From the NCBI GenBank assembly GCA_030950195.1, contig JAUZRS010000040.1, positions 1 to 38,877 of the forward strand: 38,877 bases of DNA, given 5' to 3'. Positions within the stretch are counted from its first letter, which is position 1, and each line of letters starts with the position of its first letter. Shown here piece by piece: positions 29,944 through 38,877 of the stretch. The position numbers and the translations under genes were made by a program. Origin of the DNA: Gammaproteobacteria bacterium (GTDB taxonomy: Bacteria > Pseudomonadota > Gammaproteobacteria > JAUZRS01). The notes below the pieces were generated by a model, which made no database searches, had not been told where the DNA came from, and saw nothing but the letters and a program-made list of their open reading frames with translations.

Positions 29944-30032
29944 AACAACCTCCTTTACACTGGAAACAACAAATATCACATCAATCCGACCAAGCTAATA
30001 ACCCCATCAGAATTAATGAGAATAACAAATTT

Positions 30033-30227
30033 TTACTCCTGCCGCTCCTCTTCTAGCTTCGATTTTTCATTGCCTGGGATTTTAGGATCATCGTCATCCA
30101 TTAAAATACGAAAAGCGGGGCCTTCCAGATCATCAAATTGACCGTCTTTTACCGACCAAATAAAAATCCACACAAACAGTCCTAAAAACAGCAGCCCCAA
30201 GGGAATCAAAAGATACAAAATGGCCAT
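30033..30227 (-). CDS. ccoS: cbb3-type oxidase maturation protein
   Basis: MAILYLLIPL...WSVKDGQFDDLEGPAFRILMDDD. Confidence 0.96.
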   Translation of the reverse strand: MAILYLLIPLGLLFLGLFVWIFIWSVKDGQFDDLEGPAFRILMDDDDPKIPGNEKSKLEEERQE

Positions 30228-30242
30228 ATTCGCTCCAATATT

Positions 30243-32666
30243 CTAAACCAAAATCGGCTTCACCACTCGCAAGCGCAGCGCATTCACCACCACCAACAAC
30301 GAACTGGCCGACATGCCAATCGCCGCCATCCACGGAGCCACCAACCCCATGGCCGCCAAGGGCAAGGCGATCACGTTATACAAAATAGCCCAAGCCAAAT
30401 TCTGCCGGATCACATTCAAGGTACGGCGCGCCATGCGCACCCCCTCAGAAAGGTGCAACAAATTCTCCGACAGCAGCACCATATCGGCACTGGCATGAGC
30501 CAACTGGGTTCCTCCCCCCATCGCCAGAGAAACCTGTGCTGCCGCCAACACAGGCGCATCATTCACTCCATCGCCCACCATCGCCACCACCGCTCCCTGC
30601 TGCTGCAAAGCTTGGATGTGCGCCAATTTATCCTCCGGCAGTAAACCGCCATGCGCCTCTGTAACCCCCAGTTCATCGGCCACCTGACGCACCAATTTTG
30701 GCTCATCACCCGACAGCAAGCTAACCTGCAGACCTAACTCACGCAGACGCTCAATGCTCTCTTTGGCCTCAGAACGAAGCTGATCTTGCAAAATAAACAG
30801 TGCCAACAAATGCTCTTCATCCGCCAACAACACCGGCGTACCCAATAAACCATCTGGCATAACAAACTGATGTTGCAGATTCTGCAAAACAAAATCAGCG
30901 CGACCAACGCGATAACGCTGCCCCTCAATCAAACCCTCAATGCCCTCGCCAGGCAAAGAACGTAACTGCTGCACCTGCAACGAATGTTCAACAGAATGGC
31001 ACAAAATCTTCGCCAACGGATGTTCTGAACGTGCTTCCAAAGCCGCTGCAAGTTGCAAGCACTCTGTCTTATCCTGCTCGGAAAACAAACGCACCTCGTG
31101 CAGCTGCAATTCTCCTCGGGTCAAAGTACCGGTTTTATCAAAGACAATATGAGTCGCCTGCGCCAACGTCTCCAATGCATGGCCTCGGGTGGTCAGCAAG
31201 CCTAATTGGGTTAACCCTCCCGTAGCCGCCGTCAACGCCGCCGGAGTCGCCAACGACAAAGCACAAGGACAACTGACCACCAAGACTGAAAAGGTGACCC
31301 AAAAAGCATCCTCAGGCGCGTGTTGCCACCACCAAAAAGCCACCATTGAAGCCAGCAACAACAGCACACTGACAAACCAAGCGGCCACTCGATCCGCCAG
31401 ACGTGCCAACTGCGGTTTTTCTGCCTGAGCTCGATCCAGCAAACGGATCACCGAAGAGAGCATGGTCTCTTCACCCACCTTCTCCACCTGCATCAACAGC
31501 GGACTTTCAATATTAAGCGTGCCACCGGTGACTCGATCACCCACCGTGCGATCACGGGGCAGACTTTCACCACTGAGCAGCGACTCATCGACGCTGCTGA
31601 TGCCCTCCAACACCCGACCGTCGGCAGGCACCACCTCACCAGGTTTGATGATCACTCGATCATCAACACTCAAATCCACCACCGGAATGATGCTTTCAAC
31701 ACCAGCAGCATCAAGGCGTACCGCCGTCGCCGGAGTCAAACGCACCAACGCTTCCGTAATGCGCCCCGCCTTGTGACGTGCCAACATCTCCAAAAAACGC
31801 CCCGCCAGCAAGAAGAAAGTGAACATCACCACCGAGTCGTAATAGACCTCGCCCTCACCGCTGACTGTGCTCCAGAGGCTGACCAAAAATGCCCCGCCAA
31901 TGGCCAACGCCACCGGCACATCCATCCCCAACTGCCGCCGCTTCAGATCTCGCCAAGCACCCGTGAAAAAAGGCAGCGCCGAATAAAACACCACCGGCAA
32001 GGTCATAATCAAACTGACCCAGCGCAGAAAAGATTTCAGCTCGCCATCCATTCCGTAATAGTCGCCAGAATAAAGACCGACGGCGATCATCATCACCTGC
32101 ATCATAGAGAAACCGGCCAGCGCCAAACGCCGTAAAAAAATCGAACGCTCTTTTTTCTGCAAGGCCTCTTGCCGATCTGAATCAAACGGGTGCGCCTGAT
32201 AACCGATGGCGGCAATGGCATTCAAAATATCGCTGAGACGAATCTGGCTGTTGTCCCACTGCAAACGTGCGCGGTGATTGGAATAGTTAATTTGAAAGGA
32301 TTTCACTCCCAACAAACTCATCACATGTTGCTCGTTGAGCCAGACACAGGCCGCGCAAACAATGCCTTCCAAAATCAGCGAAGCCTCTTTGACTTCTCCC
32401 TCAAGAGGCTGGACAAAACTTTTTTGCAATTTCGGGTTATCGTACAGCCCCAACTGCAACGCCTCAGGAATCAGCTCAGCTTGCGAGCTGTTTTCGGTGC
32501 GTTGTCGATAAAATGACTCCAAACCGCCGCTCACAATGGCTTTAGCCACCGCCTCACAACCTGGGCAACACATAGAACGTGTCTCGCCCATGATTTTTAC
32601 GCCACACTCCAGTCCCTCTGGAACCGGCAGGCCGCAGTGAAAACAGTCGCTCTCGGAGTGGCTCAA
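30243..32666 (-). CDS. ccoI: Copper-translocating P1B-type ATPase for cbb3 assembly
   Basis: CFHC..CCPGC N-domain, CAAC, SCPCAL, DKTGTLT and GDGVND motifs; TTG start. Confidence 0.95.
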   Translation of the reverse strand: MSHSESDCFHCGLPVPEGLECGVKIMGETRSMCCPGCEAVAKAIVSGGLESFYRQRTENSSQAELIPEALQLGLYDNPKLQKSFVQPLEGEVKEASLILEGIVCAACVWLNEQHVMSLLGVKSFQINYSNHRARLQWDNSQIRLSDILNAIAAIGYQAHPFDSDRQEALQKKERSIFLRRLALAGFSMMQVMMIAVGLYSGDYYGMDGELKSFLRWVSLIMTLPVVFYSALPFFTGAWRDLKRRQLGMDVPVALAIGGAFLVSLWSTVSGEGEVYYDSVVMFTFFLLAGRFLEMLARHKAGRITEALVRLTPATAVRLDAAGVESIIPVVDLSVDDRVIIKPGEVVPADGRVLEGISSVDESLLSGESLPRDRTVGDRVTGGTLNIESPLLMQVEKVGEETMLSSVIRLLDRAQAEKPQLARLADRVAAWFVSVLLLLASMVAFWWWQHAPEDAFWVTFSVLVVSCPCALSLATPAALTAATGGLTQLGLLTTRGHALETLAQATHIVFDKTGTLTRGELQLHEVRLFSEQDKTECLQLAAALEARSEHPLAKILCHSVEHSLQVQQLRSLPGEGIEGLIEGQRYRVGRADFVLQNLQHQFVMPDGLLGTPVLLADEEHLLALFILQDQLRSEAKESIERLRELGLQVSLLSGDEPKLVRQVADELGVTEAHGGLLPEDKLAHIQALQQQGAVVAMVGDGVNDAPVLAAAQVSLAMGGGTQLAHASADMVLLSENLLHLSEGVRMARRTLNVIRQNLAWAILYNVIALPLAAMGLVAPWMAAIGMSASSLLVVVNALRLRVVKPILV

Positions 32667-32678
32667 ATGAGATTCTGC

Positions 32679-33512
32679 TTACGCATCGCCAGCCGATTGC
32701 AGGCTCGTCATGGCACGGATTTCATGTAATTTCTCGCCCTGTTTAATGTGAATCACCACTCGCCAAGTACCGGGTTGATCCAATTTAATCGCGCTGCGAT
32801 AGATGCCTTTTTCTGTCTCGGGCAGGATGAATTTTTGATCCAAACGCTGATCGGAAGGGCGATAAAAACGCACAATCACCTCAGCTGCGGAAATGGCAAC
32901 ATTGTCTCTGTCGCTGATGCCCACCTGAAAACTGTTAGAGATGCCCGCCATCGGCTCAAATAACCAACCTTTTTTAACCTGCCAGCCCTGTTTTGTTTGC
33001 TGTTTATGCTCTTGCATATAGACGTTAAATTGCGACTCTTTCTCATGGAAATCGTGACTCACCACACCAGGAAAAAAAGAAGTCACCGTATTGCCTTTCG
33101 ATTCAGGCAGAAGCGCCTTGGCCACCGCACTCTCCAAACCGTGGTGCGCTAAGGTAACAAACACCGCATTCAGCGCCACCACGCCACCAAAAAAAGCAAT
33201 GATCAACGCAGGCCCCCAGTGGAACCACTGCTTTTTCTGATCCTTACCAAAAGTCGCCAAGTATTTTTCACGCGAAGAAACAATAATGCCTGAACCGTAA
33301 GGCAGAGTGACAAACAGCGCCAAATGGATCGAAAAAACATCGCCCCCCGGCCAGTTGAAAATGGCGTAAGGGATGTAAATCGCAAACACCAATAAAATCA
33401 ACAGCAGAGAAACTTGACTCGCTCGCAGTGCCGTAAAACGGTACAAAATAAAATAGAGTACCCCAATCGCTGACAAACCTGTTGCCAGCGAACCCACCAA
33501 ATCATCTACCAT
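32679..33512 (-). CDS. ccoH: FixH/CcoH family protein with N-terminal membrane extension
   Basis: WFHWGPALII TM, QGWQV and FYRPSDQRLD...G.WRV FixH-like domain; between ccoG and ccoI. Confidence 0.82.
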   Translation of the reverse strand: MVDDLVGSLATGLSAIGVLYFILYRFTALRASQVSLLLILLVFAIYIPYAIFNWPGGDVFSIHLALFVTLPYGSGIIVSSREKYLATFGKDQKKQWFHWGPALIIAFFGGVVALNAVFVTLAHHGLESAVAKALLPESKGNTVTSFFPGVVSHDFHEKESQFNVYMQEHKQQTKQGWQVKKGWLFEPMAGISNSFQVGISDRDNVAISAAEVIVRFYRPSDQRLDQKFILPETEKGIYRSAIKLDQPGTWRVVIHIKQGEKLHEIRAMTSLQSAGDA

Positions 33513-33520
33513 GTTCTCAC

Positions 33521-34918
33521 CTATTTACTCGGCCGATAAAACATCGCCGGTCTTGTATTTTGTAATTCGCTGTTCTCCATTGAGACCAGTTGAAACTGAA
33601 AATCTTTTGATCCCTGACCACGAGGCATTCTAACCCGCACCACAAAACGCAAACTGCTGTCCGGCTCCAAGACCACCTCTTTCATACGTCCCATATTCAG
33701 ATCCGCGCCCTCCAAACCCAGCGCCAACAATTTAAAGTGCTGTTCTTGGGTGGTTTTATTATTCACCTTCACCTCATAACTGTTCTGAATTCGACCATCG
33801 GAGAGGGTCACAAACAGCGGTTGACGAATCTGACGAATGGCTAAATCCAGCACAGACTGACTGGAGACACTCCAGGTAAGAAGTCCAATACAAGCAAACA
33901 GAGCAAGTGCATAAATCATGCTTTTCGGTTTGAAAAAACGGGTCTTTTTACCGTCCAAATCATTTTCAGAGGTATAACGAATCAGACCTTTATCCCAACC
34001 AGTGGTGGCCATAATGGCATCACACGCATCCACACAGAGCGCACAATGAATGCACTCTGCTTGAGAACCGTTACGAATATCAATGCCCACCGGACAAACC
34101 TGCACACAATAACCGCAATCAATGCAATCACCCAAACCTTGATCTGTACGCTCCTCAATGGTTTTTTTACCGCGCCCCAATTTAGCTCGACCTTTTTCGC
34201 CCTCACCGCGATTAAAATCGTAAGAAACAATTAGAGTGTCAGAATCAAACATAGCACTTTGAAAACGCGAGTAGGGACACATATGAAAACAGACGTTTTC
34301 CCGAGTTAACCCCGCCATCAAATAGGTCATTAAGGTCAAAAAAGCGGTAGTGGCGTACATGGCGTAGGCCGCATCAGCACTGAAAAAGCGCACCACCATC
34401 TCCGGTGCATTACCCCAATAAAGAGTAAAGGTAATTCCCGTAACAAAGGCAATCAACAACCAAATAAGATGCGTCAGCCCTTTCTTAGCTATTTTTTCCC
34501 TGTTCCAAGGCTGCTTTTCCAAGCGCAGACGCGCCGGTCGTTCACCCTGAACCCACCGTTCAATACGCATAAAGGTATCGGTCCAGAGGGTTTGCACACA
34601 AAAATAACCACAAAACACCCGCCCAGCAACGCTGGTAACAAAAAAAAGCAATAGAGCAGCAATCAATAAAATACCCGTCAACCAAAACATATCTTGCGGG
34701 TGAACAATCAAATCAAATAAATAAAAACGACGACCATCAAGATCAAATAACACCGCTTGATCTGGCCCTACACTGCGCATCCAACGCAACCACGGCAGGC
34801 CAAAATAGACCGTAAATGCCAACGCCAACACACCGTACTTTAAATTTCTAAAACGCCCTTTAATGGAACGTGGATGAACCGGGGCGGCAACCTCAACTTG
34901 TCCTGTGTGAGATCCCAT
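33521..34918 (-). CDS. ccoG: cbb3 accessory 4Fe-4S protein
   Basis: GRVFCGYFC, CFHMCPYSRFQ, CIDCGYCVQVCPVGIDIR and CIHCALCVDAC motifs. Confidence 0.96.
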   Translation of the reverse strand: MGSHTGQVEVAAPVHPRSIKGRFRNLKYGVLALAFTVYFGLPWLRWMRSVGPDQAVLFDLDGRRFYLFDLIVHPQDMFWLTGILLIAALLLFFVTSVAGRVFCGYFCVQTLWTDTFMRIERWVQGERPARLRLEKQPWNREKIAKKGLTHLIWLLIAFVTGITFTLYWGNAPEMVVRFFSADAAYAMYATTAFLTLMTYLMAGLTRENVCFHMCPYSRFQSAMFDSDTLIVSYDFNRGEGEKGRAKLGRGKKTIEERTDQGLGDCIDCGYCVQVCPVGIDIRNGSQAECIHCALCVDACDAIMATTGWDKGLIRYTSENDLDGKKTRFFKPKSMIYALALFACIGLLTWSVSSQSVLDLAIRQIRQPLFVTLSDGRIQNSYEVKVNNKTTQEQHFKLLALGLEGADLNMGRMKEVVLEPDSSLRFVVRVRMPRGQGSKDFQFQLVSMENSELQNTRPAMFYRPSK

Positions 34919-34934
34919 AAGTTAAGTCCTCCAA

Positions 34935-34982
34935 TTAAAAACAAAATTGCCGTGAAAAAGCAGATGCTTCAACACGGCAATT
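34935..34982 (-). terminator. Hairpin with U-rich tail between ccoP and ccoG
   Basis: AATTGCCGTG (34945-34954) pairs with CACGGCAATT (34973-34982), with inner AAGCA/TGCTT; followed by TTGTTTTT on the minus strand. Confidence 0.6.
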
Positions 34983-35015
34983 AATAACATCACTCACAAC
35001 AACCGTTGCTAGTGA

Positions 35016-35948
35016 TTATTGACCACCACCCAGCTCATGCACATACACCGCCAGTAGTTTGATCTGTGTATCACTCAAACGTGCCGACCACGATGGCATT
35101 TGACGGCTCACACCGCCTTCAACCACCGCACGAATCGCAGCGCGTTTCGCCGCACCATCCGCCGCTCCTGGCACATCCGCAATCGTCCAGATACTGTCAG
35201 TCAAATTAGCAGACCCTTGTGCTTTCATACCCGTTGCTTCTTTGGTATGACAGTAGTGACATCCCCCAGTCTGCCCCTTAAAGATCTCTTCACCTTGAGC
35301 CGCTTTAGCCGCATCCGCATCGGCTTGAGAGAGCGAATAAACAAACTCCACCACTTGATCCAACTGCTCAGAAGTAAAGCTATCTTTGAAAGAGGGCATA
35401 AAACCATTACGACCACCACGAATGGTTTTTTCAATGGTTTCGATCTTACCGCCCCACAACCAATCATCATCAGCTAGATTCGGGAACAAGCCAATCACGC
35501 CCACCCCACCACGACCGTGACAAGAGGCGCAAATGTCCCCAAAAATCCCTTTGGCTGCTGCACGAGCAAACGCCATCTGTTTCGGATCATTCAGAATCTC
35601 ATCGTAACTGGCATTTGAAAGCTCATCCATATGCTTCTGCATTTTCAGAGACTCTTCACCGGTCTGGAGGTCACTCAAAAACAGCGCACGGGTATTCCAA
35701 TGCGAACTCTTTTGCACCCCTTCAGAGGTATATTCAATCGTTGAAATCCCTTTGGTAAAGGTATCGCCCATTGGCCACACCGGATACAAAATCCAGTAAC
35801 CAAAACAAATAACGAAAGAGCCATAAAACCCCCACAACCACCAAGTTGGAATCGGGTTATCAAACTCTTCTAATGCACCACTGCCATCTGCTTCCACATC
35901 CCACTGATGCCCCGTGGTTTGTGGGTCATTCTGATTATTTTCACTCAT
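35016..35948 (-). CDS. ccoP: cbb3-type cytochrome c oxidase subunit III (dihaem)
   Basis: TTGHQWD...EFDNPIPTWW; CASCH and CHYCH. Start moved to ATG 35948 (8-nt overlap with ccoQ). Confidence 0.95.
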   Translation of the reverse strand: MSENNQNDPQTTGHQWDVEADGSGALEEFDNPIPTWWLWGFYGSFVICFGYWILYPVWPMGDTFTKGISTIEYTSEGVQKSSHWNTRALFLSDLQTGEESLKMQKHMDELSNASYDEILNDPKQMAFARAAAKGIFGDICASCHGRGGVGVIGLFPNLADDDWLWGGKIETIEKTIRGGRNGFMPSFKDSFTSEQLDQVVEFVYSLSQADADAAKAAQGEEIFKGQTGGCHYCHTKEATGMKAQGSANLTDSIWTIADVPGAADGAAKRAAIRAVVEGGVSRQMPSWSARLSDTQIKLLAVYVHELGGGQ

Positions 35949-36153
35949 TTTTTTCACCCTTATCGGTGCGGGGTGGTTGCAAGTCATCATCGTCATCCAA
36001 AAATGGCATATTTTTGTACGACTCCAACCGCTCACCCCGCTTTTTCCCCGTAAAAAGATAAATAATAACGCCGACAAAGCCAACAAAGAGCACAACCAAC
36101 GCAAACGGTTTGCTGTTCTCCATATGGGTAAACCACTCTAGCCAATCAAACAT
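35941..36153 (-). CDS. ccoQ: cbb3-type cytochrome c oxidase subunit IV
   Basis: Single TM, then K/R-rich stretch and MPFLDDD; between ccoO and ccoP. Confidence 0.88.
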   Translation of the reverse strand: MFDWLEWFTHMENSKPFALVVLFVGFVGVIIYLFTGKKRGERLESYKNMPFLDDDDDLQPPRTDKGEKNE

Positions 36154-36184
36154 TATTCTCTACCTCGTTCAGATTGAAGATCGG

Positions 36185-36940
36185 TTAGCGATACTTAATG
36201 AAGTGGCCTTCATCAAACTTGCTAAAGTCAACCATGGTACCCAGTACTTGTAGGTAAGCGACCAGCGCATCCATTTCAGAAATGCTGCTGGCATTACCGT
36301 CATAGTTACCTGATTTTGCCTGTGCTTCCAAGTTTTTTACTGCATCCGCAATAACCAACGAAGGAGCCACATCCTCACCAAACTTCTCAACATTAGCCTG
36401 ATATTCAGTTTCGTTGACCGAGTAAGGCACACCCACCGAACGCAGAGCAGACAGATTATCTGCATAATCCGCGTAGTTCAGTTCAGTTTTCAGCAACCAA
36501 GGGTAGTTGGGCATAATCGATTCGGGTACCACAGAACGCGGTCCATTCAAATGCGCCACATGCCAAGCGTCAGAGTACTTACCACCGACACGAGCCAGAT
36601 CCGGCCCACGACGCATAGAACCCCACTGGAAGGGGTGATCGTATTGCGACTCCGCTGCCAATGAGTAGTGACCGTAACGCAGCGCTTCGTCACGGAAGGG
36701 ACGAATCTGCTGTGAATGGCATAAGTAACAGCCTTCACGGGTGTAAATATCCCGCCCAGCCTGCTCCAAAGGGGTGTAAGGACGCACCATCTGTTTGCCG
36801 TTCTCATCCACCACCTTCTCGATGGTGTCGTTGATGTGAAACAGCGGCACAATCTCAACCAAGCCACCAATGCCAATCGCCACCAAGGTCAAAACCAGAA
36901 GGAGGCCTGAGTTTGTTTCAATCGTCTCATGCTTAATCAT
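36185..36940 (-). CDS. ccoO: cbb3-type cytochrome c oxidase subunit II
   Basis: [36 protein letters not shown] and [10 protein letters not shown] motifs. Confidence 0.97.
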   Translation of the reverse strand: MIKHETIETNSGLLLVLTLVAIGIGGLVEIVPLFHINDTIEKVVDENGKQMVRPYTPLEQAGRDIYTREGCYLCHSQQIRPFRDEALRYGHYSLAAESQYDHPFQWGSMRRGPDLARVGGKYSDAWHVAHLNGPRSVVPESIMPNYPWLLKTELNYADYADNLSALRSVGVPYSVNETEYQANVEKFGEDVAPSLVIADAVKNLEAQAKSGNYDGNASSISEMDALVAYLQVLGTMVDFSKFDEGHFIKYR

Positions 36941-36960
36941 TGTTCATATTCTCCTCAGAA

Positions 36961-38418
36961 TTAAGCCTTAGCCATTTTGGAAGCGATGTTATTCACACCG
37001 GCTTGATCCACGTCTTTTGCCATCTGAATGGTTTTGTAAACGTTATAGGCCATGGTAATCATACCGGTGACGAAGAACGCCCCACCCAATGCACGGGTTG
37101 CCAAGGGCAGATGCATGAAGCTGACAGACTCAATAAAGGTGTACGCCAAATTGCCGTACTCATCAAAGGCACGCAGCATCAGGCCTTGGCCAATACCAGA
37201 GACCCACAACGCAGTGATGTACACCACCACACCAATAGTGGCCAAGAAGAAATGCACATAGATCAGTTTTTCGCTGTACATCTTCTTCATGCCGTAAAGG
37301 CGTGGAATCATATGGTAGAACGAACCAAAACTGATCATTGCCACCCAACCCAACGCACCGGAATGAACGTGGCCCACTGTCCAATCGGTGTAGTGAGACA
37401 GCGCGTTGACACTCTTAAGTGCCATCATCGGCCCTTCAAAGGTAGACATACCGTAGAACGACAAAGCAGTGATCATAAACATCATAATCGGATCAGAACG
37501 CAACTTATCCCAAGCACCAGAAAGGGTCATGATGCCATTGATCATGCCACCCCAAGAGGGAATCAAGAGGATAATCGAGAAAGAGGCCGCCAGAGAGGAG
37601 GTCCAATCCGGCAATGAAGTCCAATGCAAATGATGACCGCCCACCCACATGTACATAAAGCTCAGCGCCCAGAAATGCAACACCGACAAACGATAGGAGT
37701 AAACGGGACGACCGGCTTGCTTAGGCACAAAGTAATACATCATGCCTAAGAAAGCCGCTGTCAGGAAGAAACCCACGGCATTATGCCCGTACCACCACTG
37801 CGTCATGGCGTCTTGCACACCGGCAAACAGGCTATAAGACTTAGTCAAGCTGACCGGCATCGCCAAGTTATTGAATGTATGCAGTAGAGCCGTTGCCAAA
37901 ATAAAACCCAAATAAAACCAGTTGGCCACATAAATATGCGCCTGAGTTCGATTCCGCAAGGTCATGGTGTAAATCCACAGATACACCATCCAAACCGCCG
38001 CGATCAACAGATCAATCGGCCATTCAAATTCCGCGTATTCACGAGACTGGGTAATTCCCATTGGATAGGTCAATGCACCCGCTAAAATGGCGATGTTCCA
38101 ACCAATCAGGGTAAACATGGCCAAACCATTCCCGCCTGCAAGGCGAGTTTGACACGTCCGTTGCACGACATAATACGAAGTCGCGAAAAGTGCATTACCA
38201 CCAAAACCAAAGATCACCAACGTCGTATGCACAGGACGTAAACGACCAAACGTAATTTGGGCGGTATCAAAGTTTAAAAAAGGCCAAGCTAATTCGCTGG
38301 CAATGTAGACACCCGTTGACATCCCGCACACGCCCCAAAAGACGGCCATAATCGAGAATTTTTTTATAATGTCGTAGTTGTACTGCTCTGTGGACACAGC
38401 CACACCTGTTTGCGCCAT
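36961..38418 (-). CDS. ccoN: cbb3-type cytochrome c oxidase subunit I
   Basis: [32 protein letters not shown] and [10 protein letters not shown] motifs. Confidence 0.98.
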   Translation of the reverse strand: MAQTGVAVSTEQYNYDIIKKFSIMAVFWGVCGMSTGVYIASELAWPFLNFDTAQITFGRLRPVHTTLVIFGFGGNALFATSYYVVQRTCQTRLAGGNGLAMFTLIGWNIAILAGALTYPMGITQSREYAEFEWPIDLLIAAVWMVYLWIYTMTLRNRTQAHIYVANWFYLGFILATALLHTFNNLAMPVSLTKSYSLFAGVQDAMTQWWYGHNAVGFFLTAAFLGMMYYFVPKQAGRPVYSYRLSVLHFWALSFMYMWVGGHHLHWTSLPDWTSSLAASFSIILLIPSWGGMINGIMTLSGAWDKLRSDPIMMFMITALSFYGMSTFEGPMMALKSVNALSHYTDWTVGHVHSGALGWVAMISFGSFYHMIPRLYGMKKMYSEKLIYVHFFLATIGVVVYITALWVSGIGQGLMLRAFDEYGNLAYTFIESVSFMHLPLATRALGGAFFVTGMITMAYNVYKTIQMAKDVDQAGVNNIASKMAKA

Positions 38419-38613
38419 ATTCCTCTACCTCATCCAATGCCGAAAACCTAAATCCGTGATACATAACACGGTGTCGGCATCATATATCAAGAATCAGTAG
38501 GATGACAAATCGTAGGGATATTTTTTACAAAAATTTGCGTTAGGACAACGTTTTTTTAGAAATATGTCTAAAAATTGCTCAAAAACAGACTGTTTCAGTT
38601 GCTTATCGCAGCA

Positions 38614-38877
38614 CTATCTTCTCCAACTAAAGGGATAATGCTCTGGAAAAGGCCCCCCTTGATAATCAACTTCTGCGCTCGGCTGCATCTCCTCACGCCG
38701 CAGTAATTGACGCACCATTTCAGGAATCATCACCATACCAATGTATTTACCCAAACACTCATGCGAGCCAAAACCAAAATGAAAATAGTGATACCAGTTG
38801 CGCGTGGACAAAAACTCATCGGGACGCTCAAAAATCATAGGATCAAACATCGCTGATAACGTGGCCGCCAAGACCAC
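38614..38877 (-). CDS. Cytochrome P450, 3' fragment
   Basis: AMFDP..FERPDEF meander and haem-thiolate motif FGFGSHECLG; the ORF is open to the window edge. Confidence 0.9.
   Translation of the reverse strand: MVLAATLSAMFDPMIFERPDEFLSTRNWYHYFHFGFGSHECLGKYIGMVMIPEMVRQLLRREEMQPSAEVDYQGGPFPEHYPFSWRR

Noticed and set aside
35941-36104. Open ccoP frame across ccoQ with an A7 run, suggesting a CcoQ-CcoP frameshift fusion
   Set aside because: A simple 8-nt translational-coupling overlap explains the junction, and I saw no stimulatory structure.
641-37617. Many antisense or alternate-frame ORFs (e.g. 2344-3006, 11598-12296, 17394-18227, 36940-37617)
   Set aside because: They are shadows of well-supported genes, with no recognisable motifs.
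1-38877. tRNA/rRNA genes, riboswitches, IS elements, integrases, CRISPR arrays
   Set aside because: None recognised; intergenic gaps are all under about 200 bp and are mostly explained by promoters, terminators or small ORFs.

Overview
Gammaproteobacterial chromosomal window, mostly housekeeping and respiratory genes and mostly on the minus strand. The gene set suggests a microaerophilic, possibly sulfur-oxidising organism (inference). Left to right: 5' end of a caspase-like (C14) gene; DUF1640/CCDC90-like gene; cytochrome bd operon cydABX with a perfect FNR box and an adjacent atypical Crp/Fnr regulator; Met-rich DUF4412-like secreted protein; 65-aa orphan; SCP2-like protein; SPOR protein and argS; a long coupled run def-fmt-rsmB-DUF4390-ntrY-ntrX-trkA-trkH-lipid A acyltransferase; divergent LysM(tsaP-like)-dprA-topA-tsaC; a three-gene cassette (single-lobe PstS-like periplasmic protein, outer-membrane beta-barrel, membrane sensor-HAMP-PAS-GGDEF-EAL); a 36-aa membrane microprotein absent from the ORF track; the cbb3 oxidase cluster ccoNOQP-ccoGHIS; and the 3' end of a cytochrome P450. 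I saw no rRNA, tRNA, CRISPR array or transposase. The best candidates for new biology are the trans-envelope c-di-GMP cassette (25075-29682) and the 36-aa microprotein behind ccoS (29833-29943). All family calls come from motif recognition by eye; no database searches were run.
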